Origin: Octopus vulgaris
Taxonomy: Eukaryota
NCBI GenBank assembly: GCA_951406725.2
Contig: OX597820.1
Span: 56,358,001 to 56,422,000 of the forward strand
Direction of reading: 5' to 3'
DNA: 64,000 nucleotides
Part shown: piece by piece, positions 40,306 through 55,970 of the stretch
Numbering within the stretch: position 1 is the first letter of the stretch
Layout: the number at the start of each line of letters is the position of its first letter
Translations under genes and position numbers: made by a program
The notes under the pieces: generated by a model
What the model was told of the DNA's origin: nothing
The model's database searches: none
The model's input: only the letters and a program-made list of their open reading frames with translations

Positions 40306-41914
40306 TATATATGGTAGTGTGCTTTTATGGAGAAATGAGGTTTTGTGAAGCCCAAGTGCTTCAGAATGCTTTCAGAAGCATTAGTAAATGCATAAGCATT
40401 TATAAGTAAATGTATCATGATTCTGTTTTTCATTGTTTGTTTCTAAGTTTAATCCATACTAATTCACCTGTATTCTTAGAGGGACTCACCAATGTATCAA
40501 TTACCTTTTAAATTATCTCCACAAAACTTATTAGTGGTTACCAAAATTTTCTTTCTTGGATATGTATGGTAAATCCATTATTTTGATGATTGCATCATAA
40601 AGTTGTTATTTATTGTAGTCAATCAATAAGATTAAATTTTTTTTCTTTTTTGAGATAACATAATTTATTTGGTACTCTTTTTCCACTTTTCCATAATTTT
40701 CAAAAATTTCTGAACAGTTATATGTTATTTTTAGAAAGAGGGGAGAAAACCAAATCCGTAATAGTCAAGGAAATAATTAATTAAGACGCTTAATTAATAA
40801 TTATATGACATAATGTTGTAGTTAGCTGAATCGGATACATTGCACCAACATTCTTTGTTAGATATTTAAATTTTAGCAACTTGGACCACTTAACTGTTAA
40901 ATTAATTGCAAATTGATACAATTTAGAGGTGTGGTTTACTGTTATAAATAGCAGTCACAACCTTTACATGCATGTGTACATGCATACACACACACACACT
41001 TAGTGAAATAACTTATACAAATTGAAAATGAAAAATAAATAATAAATCATTAACAGTCGATGTTATAAAGGCATCCGTCGTTGATGTAGTTTCTTTTAAT
41101 TAAAAAAAAAAAAAAATTTAATTATTAAATCAAATATTTTCATGGCAGTAGTGAGGAAGGAAAATAATCTACAAAATAAACTTTGGTATACAACACGAGC
41201 ACGCGTAACCTTTCCATTGCACATATGGGTACACATACGATGGCAATTTCGAGCAATTTGTTTCCTTTTTGCCACAATATTATTCGTACTACATAAGTTT
41301 AACAGATCGCCGATATTATTTGTTTGCGAACAGTAGTAATAATAACCATTTAATTTGTGTTAATGGGTAAAGCAGTATTGTTTATTTCGGAGATGTACTT
41401 GCCTTGCAAGTAATTTGATCTGAGATCGTGGGTTGAAACTAAAGCAAATACAGCATTTAAGACACGTATTAACCTTTCAAAAATACACAGATATTATTAA
41501 CTTCATTTAACCATTTATTATTTGGTGAGAAAATTTTCGTCGCATCAACTGCGAACTGGCTTCTAATACGGTCCCACTGCCAATATAAAGACCCGAAATA
41601 TCTGTTACCTATATATATATATATATATACCATTAGATAGCTTCTTTTTGTTTCTAATTCTGAGAAATTTCCAGAAAAAGTAAATATTATTAAAATTTGA
41701 AACTACAATCAAATAGCCGCAACGGTTTGTGAATGCATAAATATGTCGACAGTAGCAGGAATAAGGGAGATAATTTACGGGAGACAACTCTTTCATATAA
41801 AGGCTTGTTTTTTAGTAACTTAATTGAGATCTGTTTTTTAAAACGCGATTTTCACACCAATTATTACTGCACAGCTGTATATATTTTGTTTTCTTTTTCT
41901 TTATTGTTTTATAG

Positions 41915-42091
41915 GCGAAATATTTTCTACAAAAATGTGGTGGAGTTGGTGTTTGGACCATTACCTTTGATGATGCTGAAGGAAAGTATTCGAACGACTC
42001 TCAAAAGTTCCCAATAATTACTGCTGTGAAAAAAGTTCTAATGGGAGCTGATAATAAAGATTCCTCACCAGTTTCACAGCCCGTGTTATAA
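41915..42091 (+). CDS. GH18 chitinase-family gene, last coding exon
   Basis: atag| acceptor; AKYFLQKCGGVGVWTITFDDAEG...FPIITAVKKVL...PVL-stop (WxxxxDD motif). Confidence 0.9.
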   Translation, partial: AKYFLQKCGGVGVWTITFDDAEGKYSNDSQKFPIITAVKKVLMGADNKDSSPVSQPVL

Positions 42092-43012
42092 ATTTTGTTG
42101 TTTTATCTAAACAATTTTCAAAAGTACTTTATAATAAAATTTTCTTTAAAAGACAAATTGAGTTGTTGTTGTTGTTCTTCTTCTTCTTCTTCTTTGAATA
42201 TTAAGTATCCTTTACTTGTTTCAGTCATTAGACTGCAGCCATGCATGGCCATCACCTTGAAAGGTTTTCAGTTGAATGAATTGACACCCAGTACTTATTT
42301 TTAAGCCTGCGATCTGTTTTGCTGAACTGCTAAGTTGCAGAAATGTAAACAAACCAACACCGGTTGTCAAGCAGTGGTGTGGGACAAGCAAAGACATGAA
42401 GATACACACACAGACACACACACTATTTTAAATATCATCATCATCATCATTGTTATTTAACATCCATTCTCCATGATGGCACGGGACGGACGGTTCGACC
42501 AGGGCTGGTAAGCTGAGGGGCTGTACCAAACTCTAGTCTGATTTGACATGGTTTCTACAGCTGAATACCCTTCCTAACGCCAACCACTCCGAGAGTGTAA
42601 TAGGTGCTTTTACGTGCTACCAGCATGGGTGCCATTTGCATGACACCAATATCTACCATGACTACGATTTCGCTTGGCTTGGTGGAACTTCTCAAGCGTG
42701 GCATATTGCCAGAGCTCTTGATCATTTGTCATTACCTCCATGAGGCCCAATGCTTGAAAAGTGCTTTTTATGTGCCCCTGGTATTGGTGTCAGTTACATG
42801 ACACCAGCATTGGCCACGACTATGATTTCACTTGGTTTGACACATCTTCTTAAGTACGGTGATGGGTCTGATGATGATATATATGGTTCTGGGTTCAGTC
42901 ACACTGTGTGGAAACTTGGGCAAGTGTCTTCTATGATAGCCTTGGGCTAAAAAACGTCTTGTGAGTGGATTTGGTAGATGGAAACTGAAAGAAGTCCATC
43001 ATATATATATAT

Positions 43013-44042
43013 TGTTGTGGTTCGGCTGGTACAGTATTTCTTGACCTACTTTGTTGAGAGTGGAGACGGAAATCTGGAATAAAAAGTTACAGCCCTTTGT
43101 TTACTGGAAGAGTAATGGCTTTTGGAGGGACCTTTGGCCTTGTGCCGGTCGATTAGGGGTCAGAGAGATGTGAGGGCCGAGGAAGATAGAGTAAGGAAGA
43201 ATCTAGTGACAGTGAAGAAGAGGAAGAAGAAAGTAGTGAGAAAGACAGAGTAAGGGATCTGAGAGCAGATAGAGAGGATATTAGCAGTGCTAAGACAGGT
43301 TGGGGGTGGTGAGAGAGCAGAGGTTTTTGGACAGTCGGTATTCAGTCGTCAAAGCGAGCAGTTGGGATTTTAGGAGCGAGGATTTGGGAATTCGGGGCAA
43401 GAGCTTGGCAAGTTGGAGTTAGCAGTACTGAGAGAGATGAGGTACAATATGAGGCGTTGGCTAATGTAAGGTACGTGAATTGTGTATTGATATGTGAAGA
43501 AAAGAAGGACAAGGAATCGATGTATTGAACAGTGAAAAGAACAATGTGAAATGTGTAAGGACATTGTGTACAGTGTTGTGATTTGAACATTGTATAATGA
43601 ACATTGAACTGTTAGGCCTTTAATGTCCTTCGAACTGTATATGCCTTTAATGTGTTTTGAAATAGAACTGTGTCTTCGGACGTGTACTCTTGAAATGCTG
43701 ATGTATTGAACTTGATGTGTTGTTACCGGACGGTTATATTGTATCTGCATGTTTAAATGCTTTGATCTGTGGTATACCTGTATGATGTGTTGATTCTGTT
43801 ACTTGCTTGTATTTACCTGATGTATCTTTAAATGTAATTGATGTTGTAACAATTGATTGTCATATAAACTAGTTGTTAAATGTAAGCCAGTTGTGCCTTG
43901 CCTCTTTGTGTCTCTCTCGATTGCCTCTGTGCTGCTGCTGCTGTTGTTGCTGCTGTTGTTGCTCTCTCTCTCCTCTCCTCTCTGAGTTTCCGTGGCGAAA
44001 ATATTCGCTGATCGACCGGGCAACGGCAGGTGGTCCGTAACA
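43013..44042. mobile_element. Solo LTR (probably Gypsy/Ty3-type)
   Basis: TG...CA ends with inverted termini tgttgtgg / ccgtaaca; 4-bp flanking duplication atat; interrupts a family A SINE microsatellite. Confidence 0.65.
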
Positions 44043-44455
44043 ATATACACACCAACTGATCATGGCCGTTGCCAGCCTCCCCTGGCACCTGTGCTGGTGG
44101 TACATAAAAAGCACCCACTACACTCATGGAGTGGCTGGCGTTAGGAAGGGCATCCAGCTGTTGAAACACTGCCAGATCAGACTGGAGCCTGGTGCAGCCT
44201 CATGGCTTCCCAGACCCCGGTCAAACCGTCCAACCCATGCTAGCATGGAAAACGGACGTTAAACGATGATGCTGATGATGATGTATGTATGTATGTATAT
44301 ATGTATGTATGTATTTGTGGGTTTGTGTTTGTCCCACCACCATTGCTTGACAACCGATGTTGGTGTGTTTACGTGCCTGTAACTTAGCAGTTCAGCAAAA
44401 GACACTGATAGAATAAATGCTAGGCTTACAAAGAATAAGTCCTGGGGTCGATTTG

Positions 44456-46203
<1,748 letters not shown>

Positions 46204-46263
46204 AAACAAGTAAAAATGAAACAAGTAAAAATGTAAAAGAATATATATATATATATATATGTC

Positions 46264-46298
<35 letters not shown>

Positions 46299-46492
46299 GT
46301 CTATGTGTGTGTATATGCCCTAGGCACATAATCTATGCCCTAGGCACGTAACTTCAACCGTGTTTTTTCTGATGTGAATTTGCTACCCAGGTATCGGTTA
46401 ATTCGAAGTATCCTTAATAAGATAATTCATTCAACTACTCAAATATCATATACAGCCTCCTTGAGATCCTGCTACCTTAACCAATACCGCAA

Positions 46493-49136
46493 ATGGAGTT
46501 GTTCGAGATTAACGCATCCCTTAAGGACATACCAATACCACTAAAAGAAACCTTCCTTAAGGAAATTGTTAACAAAACAAATGCATTCATCAACCGAATT
46601 AGATGGCTCGCTTTCTTCCGTGATAATGAGGACTTAAAACAGAATGGTACTGAAACATCTTCCAAATATAAGAAGTTATTCAAGTTGAGGGAAACCCCTC
46701 CACCTAATCCCAGACTGAAGAAATTCGAGGACGACCTGTGGGACATTGTAAAGAGCATTAAATTCCGTAAATCGCCCCTTAGGAATAAACACCTTAAATA
46801 CCTCAACAAAGTCACCAAAGATATAAACAGTTTAGACGCTATCCTGGTCCAATTAGATAAAACCAGGAACACATATAAGCTAGCTAAAAACCAGTATTTA
46901 GAAATGCTCAAGAAAGAAATACAGAAGAATTACAGAACAACAAATAAGAATACACTCAGACAAGCCAACTTGGAAATTAAGAAAATCATGGAAACGTATG
47001 GATTACAAATGAAAACACAACCGCTGAACCCAAGACAACCAAGATTCATCATCAAGTACCATAAACCAAACTTTCACACCAATCCAGCATTAAGGCTCAT
47101 ATGCCCCTCTAGTTCCGACATCGGTTCCATTAGTAAGTACATTTTAGATAAATACATACCTAGATTAATCAATAAGTTAAAACTCAATATATGGTCTAAC
47201 TCCACTCAAGTCGTAGAGTGGTTTTCTTTTATTTCTAATAAAAACAGCACAAAATTCATTCAATTCGATATTTCTACTTTCTACCCTTCGATCAACCCTA
47301 GTGTACTCAATAAGGCCCTATGGCATGCACATAATAAGGCAGGCCTCCCAAGGGAGGAAATTAATATAATTTTAGCGGCTAGAAAATCCTTCATACAGTT
47401 TGATGATAAGTTATGGGTCCGTAAGGATACCCCCCAATGCGTTTGATGTGCCAATGGGAAGCTCAGACAGTGCCCAGATAGCCGATTTGGTCGGAATCTA
47501 TATTCTCTATGAATTAGCCGACCAATTCCCGGACATCTGCGGCAGTCTGTATCGAGATGATTGTCTATTTTACCTACAGAATGCTCCGAACAGTATGATA
47601 CAGAAGACTAAAAACAGATTAGCTAGATTTTTTAGCAGAATGGGCATGAGCATAGTTTTCAATGACGTACTAACTAAAGCCAACTTCTTAGATGTTACTC
47701 TAAATCTGCATAACAATTCTTACTTCCCTTAGCATAAGCCTTCTACTAACCTTAAATATGTCAGCATTTTCAGTAACCATGCAAAAACTATCACCGATAA
47801 TTTAGTTAAAAATATATCCTTAAGACTATCAAATTTATCTGCGAATGTCGACATTTTTAAACAAAAAGCGGAATTTTATAATGCCGCCTTGTCAAAAGCC
47901 AGTTATAAGGATAAGGTATCATATATTGACCCGGCCCATTCTAAACTAATATTTGCTTCTCACGATAAGAAAACTAATAACAATAGAAATAATGTAATTA
48001 ATGATTTCAGCTCTAGCAACATCGACACTAATATAATTAACAAAAATAATTTACGGACCAGGGGAGGCAATCGAAAACCAACACCAATTCTACAACACAG
48101 AAATACTCCCTTTAATGTAAATGTTAACACTCTGAGCCATTCTAAGTCCAAAAAAAACTATATCTGGTTTGTCATTCCTTTCGAGAAACAAATCAGGTCT
48201 AACCTCCCTTTACAGTTCCATGAAGCCGTAGCTAAGAACTTTCCCAGGAATTTTAGGTATTACTCTACTATCAATTCGCATAAGGTGAGGATTGCATTCT
48301 CCAACACTAGAAATCTATCGCAGATAATTGCCTCCCATAATAATAAGCTGATAAATAAGGACTCATCACCCAGGAGTAGCGACACTGCCCTTACCAATTC
48401 CAACCTGACATACAATAATAATAATAATAGAAATAGTATTGATATTAGCAACATTCATAGCAGCATTGGCGTTAACAATAGTAATAATGATAATAACATT
48501 AGCCGGATTATTAACAGTGGTGGTGTTAGTGGTAATAGTAACAGCATTTCTAATAACAGTTGTATTATTGATGATAACAATCACAGCATTCCTATAGTCA
48601 GAGAAATTGCCGACGATATTACAATTAATAGTAATGATAATAAGATGAATAGTATCGTGGCCAATGCTAGCAACAATATTTACACCTATCATAACAATAA
48701 AAACTCTGTCTTAGTATCGGAAGTTAACCCCATCAGATTAAGGTTCTTATCCAAAAATTCCAAAATTAGAAACACCATTTACCAGTGCAAAATTTCTTCT
48801 GGAACCGATGTCTTCTTCTACATTGGAGCAACTTCTTCTAAATTAGCTCAAAGGATCTCCAATCATTATTCAACTTTCCGAGATAAGAGAAAACAACACA
48901 GCACGGGACTAAGTAAATTAGTTTGGCGTCTGAAGGACAGCAATACAACTTTCAAGCTGGAATGGTCCATATTGTCGGTGTCCTTTCCGTTTGATAAGGG
49001 CAGAAAAATTTGTGACATCTGTTATTCCGAACTTTTTCATATTTTGTTCACCAATGTCCCTTTAATAAATACAATCGTCGAGAGGTCCTACAGATGCATG
49101 CACTGGCAAAAACACACCTTTCACTCATATGAATAA
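46493..49136 (+). pseudogene. Penelope-like RT/GIY-YIG polyprotein (~880 aa) broken by one frameshift (~47430, C-run) and one TAG (47730-47732)
   Basis: SLKDIPIP, RIRWLAFF, DKT, FIQFDISTFYPSI, FDVPMGS, LYRDD, NFLDVTLNL, HKP..SNH, IYQ...YIGAT, R..NH, CDIC, CMH. Confidence 0.92.
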
Positions 49137-49727
49137 TGATTAATATAGATAACCCCTTGAATTTTAATTAATATAACTTTTTTTTATATATGTCACCCCC
49201 ATAGTCATAAAAAGATTTTTATACTTTCAAAGAACTACTACTCAATCCAGTGAGGTATGTGTTGCCTTAGTCCCCCTACCTCGCTCTCCTCTTTCTCTCT
49301 CTTTCTCTCTCTATTTCCCTCTTTCTATAGTAAGCACAATCAAACACACAGACACAAACCTCTCACCTCACCACTGTCTGTTTTCTGACATCTACCCATC
49401 CACATACACAATCATGCACACACATACACAAACACACACATTAATGCAGTTATATACAGTCACACACACAGGCACTCATTCACAAAAGAAATTAACAAAA
49501 TCCACCATTCATATGACCTGCACCCTTTCATCTTCCTATTCTTATGCCTCTCTCCTCCAACTTCGTTTGAACCCTTGAACCTTTAGAACTTTCTAGAATC
49601 TTCTACATCCAACCATTTTGATGTCACTCCTTATAAAGGAATATTTTAAAGAGACACTCATTAACGCTATGGGCTCCGTGTGAGCAATCATCTAAAAGTT
49701 TTTTGTGCATTTTGATGTTGACATAAG

Positions 49728-49826
49728 TTCCTTGCTTTTCCTGATGAGAAAGCGGCATAATGTACTCCTTATTCCTTCGCAATTAGGAATATGCAGCCTT
49801 CGAAACATATGTCGAAAATAAAGGAA
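49728..49826 (+). ncRNA. Type-I hammerhead ribozyme with intact core in the Penelope-like pLTR
   Basis: Stem I ttcctt-gc-ttttc / gaaaa-ta-aaggaa; CTGATGA; stem II gaaagcggcata / tatgcagccttc (10 of 12 paired); GAAAC-atat-GTC with palindromic acatatgt; predicted cleavage after 49813. Confidence 0.85.
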
Positions 49827-50010
49827 TTTTGTTAATTCGTTGTTCAACTCCATTCTTTCATATATTTATATTTTTAAAATAAACATACAAATTTCCACAC
49901 GAAAGCACGTAACTTCAACCGTGTTTTTTTTTTCTGATGTGAATTTGCTACCCAGTTATCAGTTAATTCGAATTATCCTTAATAAGATAATTCATTCAAC
50001 TACTCAAATA

Positions 50011-50056
<46 letters not shown>

Positions 50057-50078
50057 TAGATAGATAGATATGTATGTA

Positions 50079-50127
<49 letters not shown>

Positions 50128-52005
50128 GACAGGCTTCTTTGAGTTTCTGTTTACCAAATCCACTTGCAAGGCTTTGGTTGGCTAAGGCTATAGTAGAAGA
50201 CACTTGCCCAAGGTTCCACAAAGTGGGACTGAGCCTGGAACCATCTTACCACACAGCCATGCCTACACCTATATATACTGCTTTGATTTGGCTTTGCATT
50301 GAGAGTGATGTGTGTGCAGCACCTAATGGTGCAAGCATCTGTATGTTGTGTATTTTGTAAGTGCTGGGGCTTTGGTTTATGCATTTTCCTGCATGTTATT
50401 TTAACCTTTTAGCATTTCAACCAGCCATATCAGGCCCAAAACTGACCAGATCTGATCTCTCACACCTAGCTGACAATATAACTCTAAAAATAAACACTCA
50501 CACTGTAAGAATCTTGAAGCTCCAAGATAATGCATAATTAATTCAGAACAATGTGAATAAATTAACATTACATTTAACACAGTAATCCAAATGCTAAGCG
50601 GTTTATCATTCCCAAAGCACCAATGTTTGTTTTCGGTCTTCACATTCTGATGATTTCCATTTCCGCATCTTTATGTCTCTTGTCTTATAGCTTTTACTTG
50701 CTTCAGTCTTTAGACTGTGGCCATGCTGGAGCACCACCTTGAAGAATTTTTTTTCAATGAAATGAATTGACCCCAGTACTATTTTTTTTTAAAGCCTGGT
50801 ACTTATTCTATCAGTTTCTTTTGCCAAACTGCTCAGTTACGGGGACAGAAGCACATCAATACCCATAGTCAAGTGGTGGTAGTGGGCAAACACAGACACA
50901 CACATGCATGTGCATGCACACACACACATACACATACGACAGGATTCTTTCAGTTTCCACCTATCAAATCCATTTGCTTGGGCTTGGCTTTTTGTATGAT
51001 GGAATCTTATATTATTCTTCATTCTAGTTAATGTTTTATACATTCACACACACACACACTGACACACTGTGTGTGTGTGTGTGTGTGTGCCTTCTTTTGT
51101 CATTGTTTGCCACCACCACTGTTTAACAACTGGTGTTGGTTTGTTTATGACCTTGTAACTTAGCAGTTCGGCAAAAGCAGAATAAATACCAGCCTTTTAA
51201 AAAAAATAAATAAATGAACTGTAGTTGATTTGTTCAACTAAACCCTTCAAGGTGATGCTCCAGCATGACTGCAGTCAAAAGACAGGAGCAAATGAAGAGC
51301 AAATGTCTAATAAGTCTTACCATTCTGCTGGTGGCACATTTAATTTCTCTACATCTAGGATTGAGATTTCAGTTCCCTGAATGAAAGAATGACCAATTTG
51401 GAAACTGATGTTTATTTTTGTGCTTTACACTAATAAAATGTTGTAACAAATGGTTCCTGTGTTTCAAAAACCTGAGAAACATCTTTGATATTGAATTAAA
51501 ACAGCCATTATTGATGTATGCTGAATAATTGATTGATCAAAGAATCACAAAGACTAATTATAGATAATTGATTTCTAAAACAGACACATTACCAGAAATT
51601 TGATGTGAAGGGTATTGTTGATTATATCAACCCATTACCTCATAGGTTCTTGATATAATAGATTGATTGATATAATTAGCTTTAGTAGTTAAGATATTTG
51701 GCTCATGATCAAAAGGTTACCGATTCGATACCTGCTGGTGCTTTGTGTCCTTGAGTAAGACACTTTATTTTATGTTGTTTCCAGTTCACTCAGCTGGCAA
51801 AAATGAGTAGTACCTATATTTTGAAAGGGCCAGCCATGTCATATTCTATGTCACACTTAATCTCCCTGTTTAAGGGTATGCATGTCTGTGGAGTACTCAA
51901 TCACTTGCATGTTAATTTCACAAGCAGTTGATTGGATTGATTAGACAAAATTGTCATCATAACTGATGGAATGCCAGTATACAGTATACATAATTAGTAT
52001 TACAA

Positions 52006-54712
52006 TTGAGTTGTCTGGAAAGTTTGTGCCGATTTATAGTAGCTTACCTTTCGACTTATTTTAGAACATGGTTGAGTCCATAAAATAGGATTTGACTATA
52101 AAATAGGATTTTTCGTTAATTCCTTGTGCCGATTTGAACGAATCACAAGAAGTTTTTTTCTGTGACGTACGTATTACCATGTCAACACTCCTGCTTGGCG
52201 TTGTTTATCGCCCCCCAAATTACCATCAAGACACACAGCTTTGCGATATCCTCCAAGCTGCTGCCAGGAAAATAGCCACTTATGTTTTTATTGCAGCCGG
52301 TTTCAATCATCCTGAGATCAATTGGGAAACCTTCCATTGGCCACAGAGTGCAAACGATTTCGTTGAGCTTGTGCTGGACTCAAACTGGTCACAAGTAGTC
52401 ACCTCTCCAACAAGAGGCGACAACACCTTGGACCTGCTCTTCACCACAACTCTTGAAGCGGTTATCAATTGTACTATGGAGGAATCTCTAGGCGACTCTG
52501 ATCATGCTATGATCATCGCCAATCTGGCTCTTGCGGGCAACAACAAAAACCTGAACCATCTCCAATCTGCTTCCTTCGATTGGAAGAGAGCAGATTGGAA
52601 CCTGTACCACACTGAATTACAGCACCCAAACTGGCATGAATTCTACAACTCTGGAGATGTGAATACTATACTCCAGAGTATCCTGGACTCAATATGGGCA
52701 GCATGTGCAGCATCAGTGCCACGTAAACAGAAAAAGAAGAACCGCCCCAAAAGAGCAATTTGGGAAACTTCAGCGGTCCGACTTGCCAGGAAGGGACGTC
52801 AGACTGCTGAACGGGAATACAAGTTGCATAAATCAGACACCAACAGGAAAAAGCGGAATAAATCTTCCAACCATCTCAAGCAAGTGACAAAAAAAGCAGT
52901 GCTTGAATTTGAACAGTGCATAGCAGCCAATCCTGACAGCAAGGTTTTCTGGAAATATGTGCATTCGAAGCAGAGACCTCACTCTCCAGTGGGCCCTCAT
53001 CGCAACCCTCACACAAACCAGATCACTGACGATCCCAAGGAATGCGCAGAACTCATTGCCGAGTGCTATGCAAACATATTCACTGTTGAAAGTCAAAATG
53101 TACCATCTTCACCATCTCTAACAGCGAATTCCATAACAACTATGGAATTTACACCTGCAATGCTGCAACGTCACCTTCAAAATAAGTGCAACTATGCCTC
53201 CCCTGGTCTTGATGGAGTTACATACCTGCTTCTCAAACGTGGCAGGTACTTCCTTTTACACCAGCTTTCTATTTTTTCCAGTACTGTCTCAACAATGGTG
53301 CTACTCCAGAGCAGTGGAAAACTGCCAGTGTCATTCCTCTGTTCAAAAAGGGTGACTGCACATCACCTGTCAACTATCGCCCAGTCAGTCTCACTAGCTG
53401 TATTGCAAAACTGATGGAATCGTGTGTCAGAGAAACACTTTGGAACTTCTGGAGCTCTCACAGTCTCATCCGACCCTCACAATATGGATTTGTCCCTAAC
53501 TCCAGCTGCAGTGATCAGCTTGTCAAGTTCCTTGAGGACATTACTCAGATCACTGACAGTGGCTTATGGGTGGATGTTGTCTACCTTGACTTTGCTAAGG
53601 CTTTCAACTCTGTGCCACACAAAAGGCTTATGGTGAAACTCTCTGCAATGGGTGTGAGGGATGATCTTTTTAACTGGTTGAAATCCTTCATTCTCAACCA
53701 AAAGGAGGTAGTCACAGTTCTAGGACAACATTCTACACCATATGAGATGTCATCGGGTGTACCACAGGGATCTGTCCTTGGTCCCCTCTTGTTTGTGGCA
53801 TACATTAATGACATAGATGCCAATTTAAAGAATGCCACAGTATTGAAATATGCAGACGACATCAAGCTGTACCTTGAATCAAGAGGACAGATCCTGTTGT
53901 CTACAGCTCTTTCCTGCAATCAGACCTGGACACAATGCAGCAATGGATCACAGACTGGCAACTGAAACTGGCTGTGGACAAGTGTACCACCATGCATTTT
54001 GGGAGAAAAAACCCTGCGTCCACATACTCCCTCCACAACACTGATATCAAGAAATCCTCTTGCGAGCGTGACCTAGGCATCACTGTCAGCAGTGATTTGC
54101 GTTGGACAAAGCATATCTCTAAAATTGTCAAGAAGGCCGAGGGTGTCTTGGCATCACTCAGCAAGACTTTTGTTAGCCGCTCTCCAGCCATCTATTTAAA
54201 ACTGTATACAGCTATGGTACGACCACACTTGGAATTCACATCATCAGTTTGGAACCCCTATCTTGCTCAGAACATTGACCTCCTGGAATCTGTTCAGAGA
54301 CGTGCAACCAAACACATACCCTCCATCAGACACCTACCATACTCTGAATGCCTTGTTTCCCTGGGCATGGATTCACTGAAGCTCCGGCATCTGGCGATGG
54401 ACTTGGTAAACACCCACAAAGTTATCAACCACCTCACCAACAACAACACTGAACACCTTTTTGATCTTCATGTGTCTAACACACGTGGACATGCCTACAA
54501 AGTCAGAAAACAACACAGCTCCCATGACTTTCGGAAACATATTTTCATGCTCAGAGTTGCTGAAGCATGGAATAAACTGCCTGCGTCAGTTGTTGACTGC
54601 CATGACACTGCATCCTTTAAGGCCCTCATGCTTTCCGAAATCCGCTGAAACTACACCTGATTATACATACACTTTAGATGAGTTGTAGTGCACCTGAGCA
54701 CTGTACACAATG

Positions 54713-54743
<31 letters not shown>

Positions 54744-55208
54744 ACCTCCATTTAGAGCACAGTTTAAGCTATCTTTTTGTGGAAGAAGGTTTATGTTCCT
54801 ATAACCCGTGTTAATTCTGTAACCCTTTAAAATGGAAGATAAGAAAGTTAATTTTTGATGCCTTGGGATCCAGACAAAAATTGCTGCAACTCGGCTGGGA
54901 TGTGTTACCCCACCTTCCATATTCACCAGATATTGCTCCTTCGCATTTCCACTTATTCAGGTCTCTGCAGAATAGTCTTAAAGGTAAAAATTTCAATTCC
55001 TTAGATGATGTAAAAAGATACCTTGATGAATTCTTTGCTATGAAACCACCTCAATTCTGGGAAGAGGGTATTTTCAAGTTAAAGGAAAGATGGAGACACA
55101 TTGTGCAACAAAATGGGTCATATTTGGTTGATTAAAAATGTAATGTCAAGTATTTATTGACCTTTTTCTTTCCTTTAAAAATTGGCATGAACTTTCCAGA
55201 CGACACAA
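52006..55208 (+). mobile_element. Internally deleted mariner element split by a LINE insertion
   Basis: TIRs ttgagttgtctggaaagtttgtgccgattt / aaattggcatgaactttccagacgacacaa; C-terminal peptide LGWDVLPHLPYSPDIAPSHFHLFRSLQN (third catalytic D replaced by H). Confidence 0.88.
52113..54743 (+). mobile_element. 5'-truncated CR1-group LINE ORF2 (APE endonuclease part + RT, two frameshifts)
   Basis: GVVYRPP, PTRGDNTLDLLFT, GDSDH, SPGLDG, YLDFAKAFNSVPH, SGVPQGSVLGPLLF, KYADD, WNKLP; (ATT)n tail. Confidence 0.93.
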
Positions 55209-55929
55209 TACATTCTTTTATGGTCCAACTTCCATACTGGCATGTGATGGATAGTTTGACAAGTTCCAGCATGTCAGAGGACTGCATCGTGCTCCAATGT
55301 TTGTTTTGGCATGATTTCTATTGTTGGCTATCCTTCTTAATGTCAAACACTTTACAAAGTGTTCTGATGCAAAGTTAACTTAAAGATAAAAATTTTAGTG
55401 AGTAGGAAAATAGGCAAAAGTTTGCTTTCATCAGAGAAATGGCCTTGCTTAATATGTATAAAAGAAGTTGGTGTAAATTCCATATGATGTACCCAATGTA
55501 AACTGGACACATAAGAGATGCAGGAATGTTAACAAACAGAGTAGAATTTGTATGGGGCAGATGCATGGGAGCAACAATTACTAAGAGCACACTGGAAATA
55601 GATACCACATGGCTATATTATATGAGCCTTGAATGCAAAGGACATGCAAAGACTAGAAAGAAATGAGACAAGCATGCTCTGTTGGATCTGTAAGGTAGTG
55701 TGCATAAACAGCAAAGATCAAATGTGTTGAGAGAAAATTTGGGTATAAGAAGAATCAAATGTAATGTGCAAGAGAGAAGACTGTGCTAGTATGGGCATGT
55801 GATGTATATAGAGGAGAACAGTTGTATAAAGACATGCTAAATGTAGATGAAATTTCTGGAAGAGGAAAACCCAGGAAGACATAAGATGAAGTGGTGGAAG
55901 ATGATCCCAGGAGTTTGAATCTCACTGAT

Positions 55930-55962
<33 letters not shown>

Positions 55963-55970
<8 letters not shown>

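Larger units (their letters stand above)
46344..50011 (+). mobile_element. Penelope-like retroelement, Naiad-type
   Basis: RT + C-terminal GIY-YIG ORF; ~100-bp terminal direct repeat (46344-46446 = 49905-50011); hammerhead in the 3' region; microsatellite flanks. Confidence 0.9.

Noticed and set aside
41733-42017. 94-aa ORF overlapping the last chitinase exon
   Set aside because: Wrong frame; the GH18 motif is in the frame starting at 41915
47730-47732. In-frame stop as possible selenocysteine recoding, reported for some Naiads
   Set aside because: The codon is TAG, not TGA, and falls where Tyr is expected, so it is most simply a nonsense mutation
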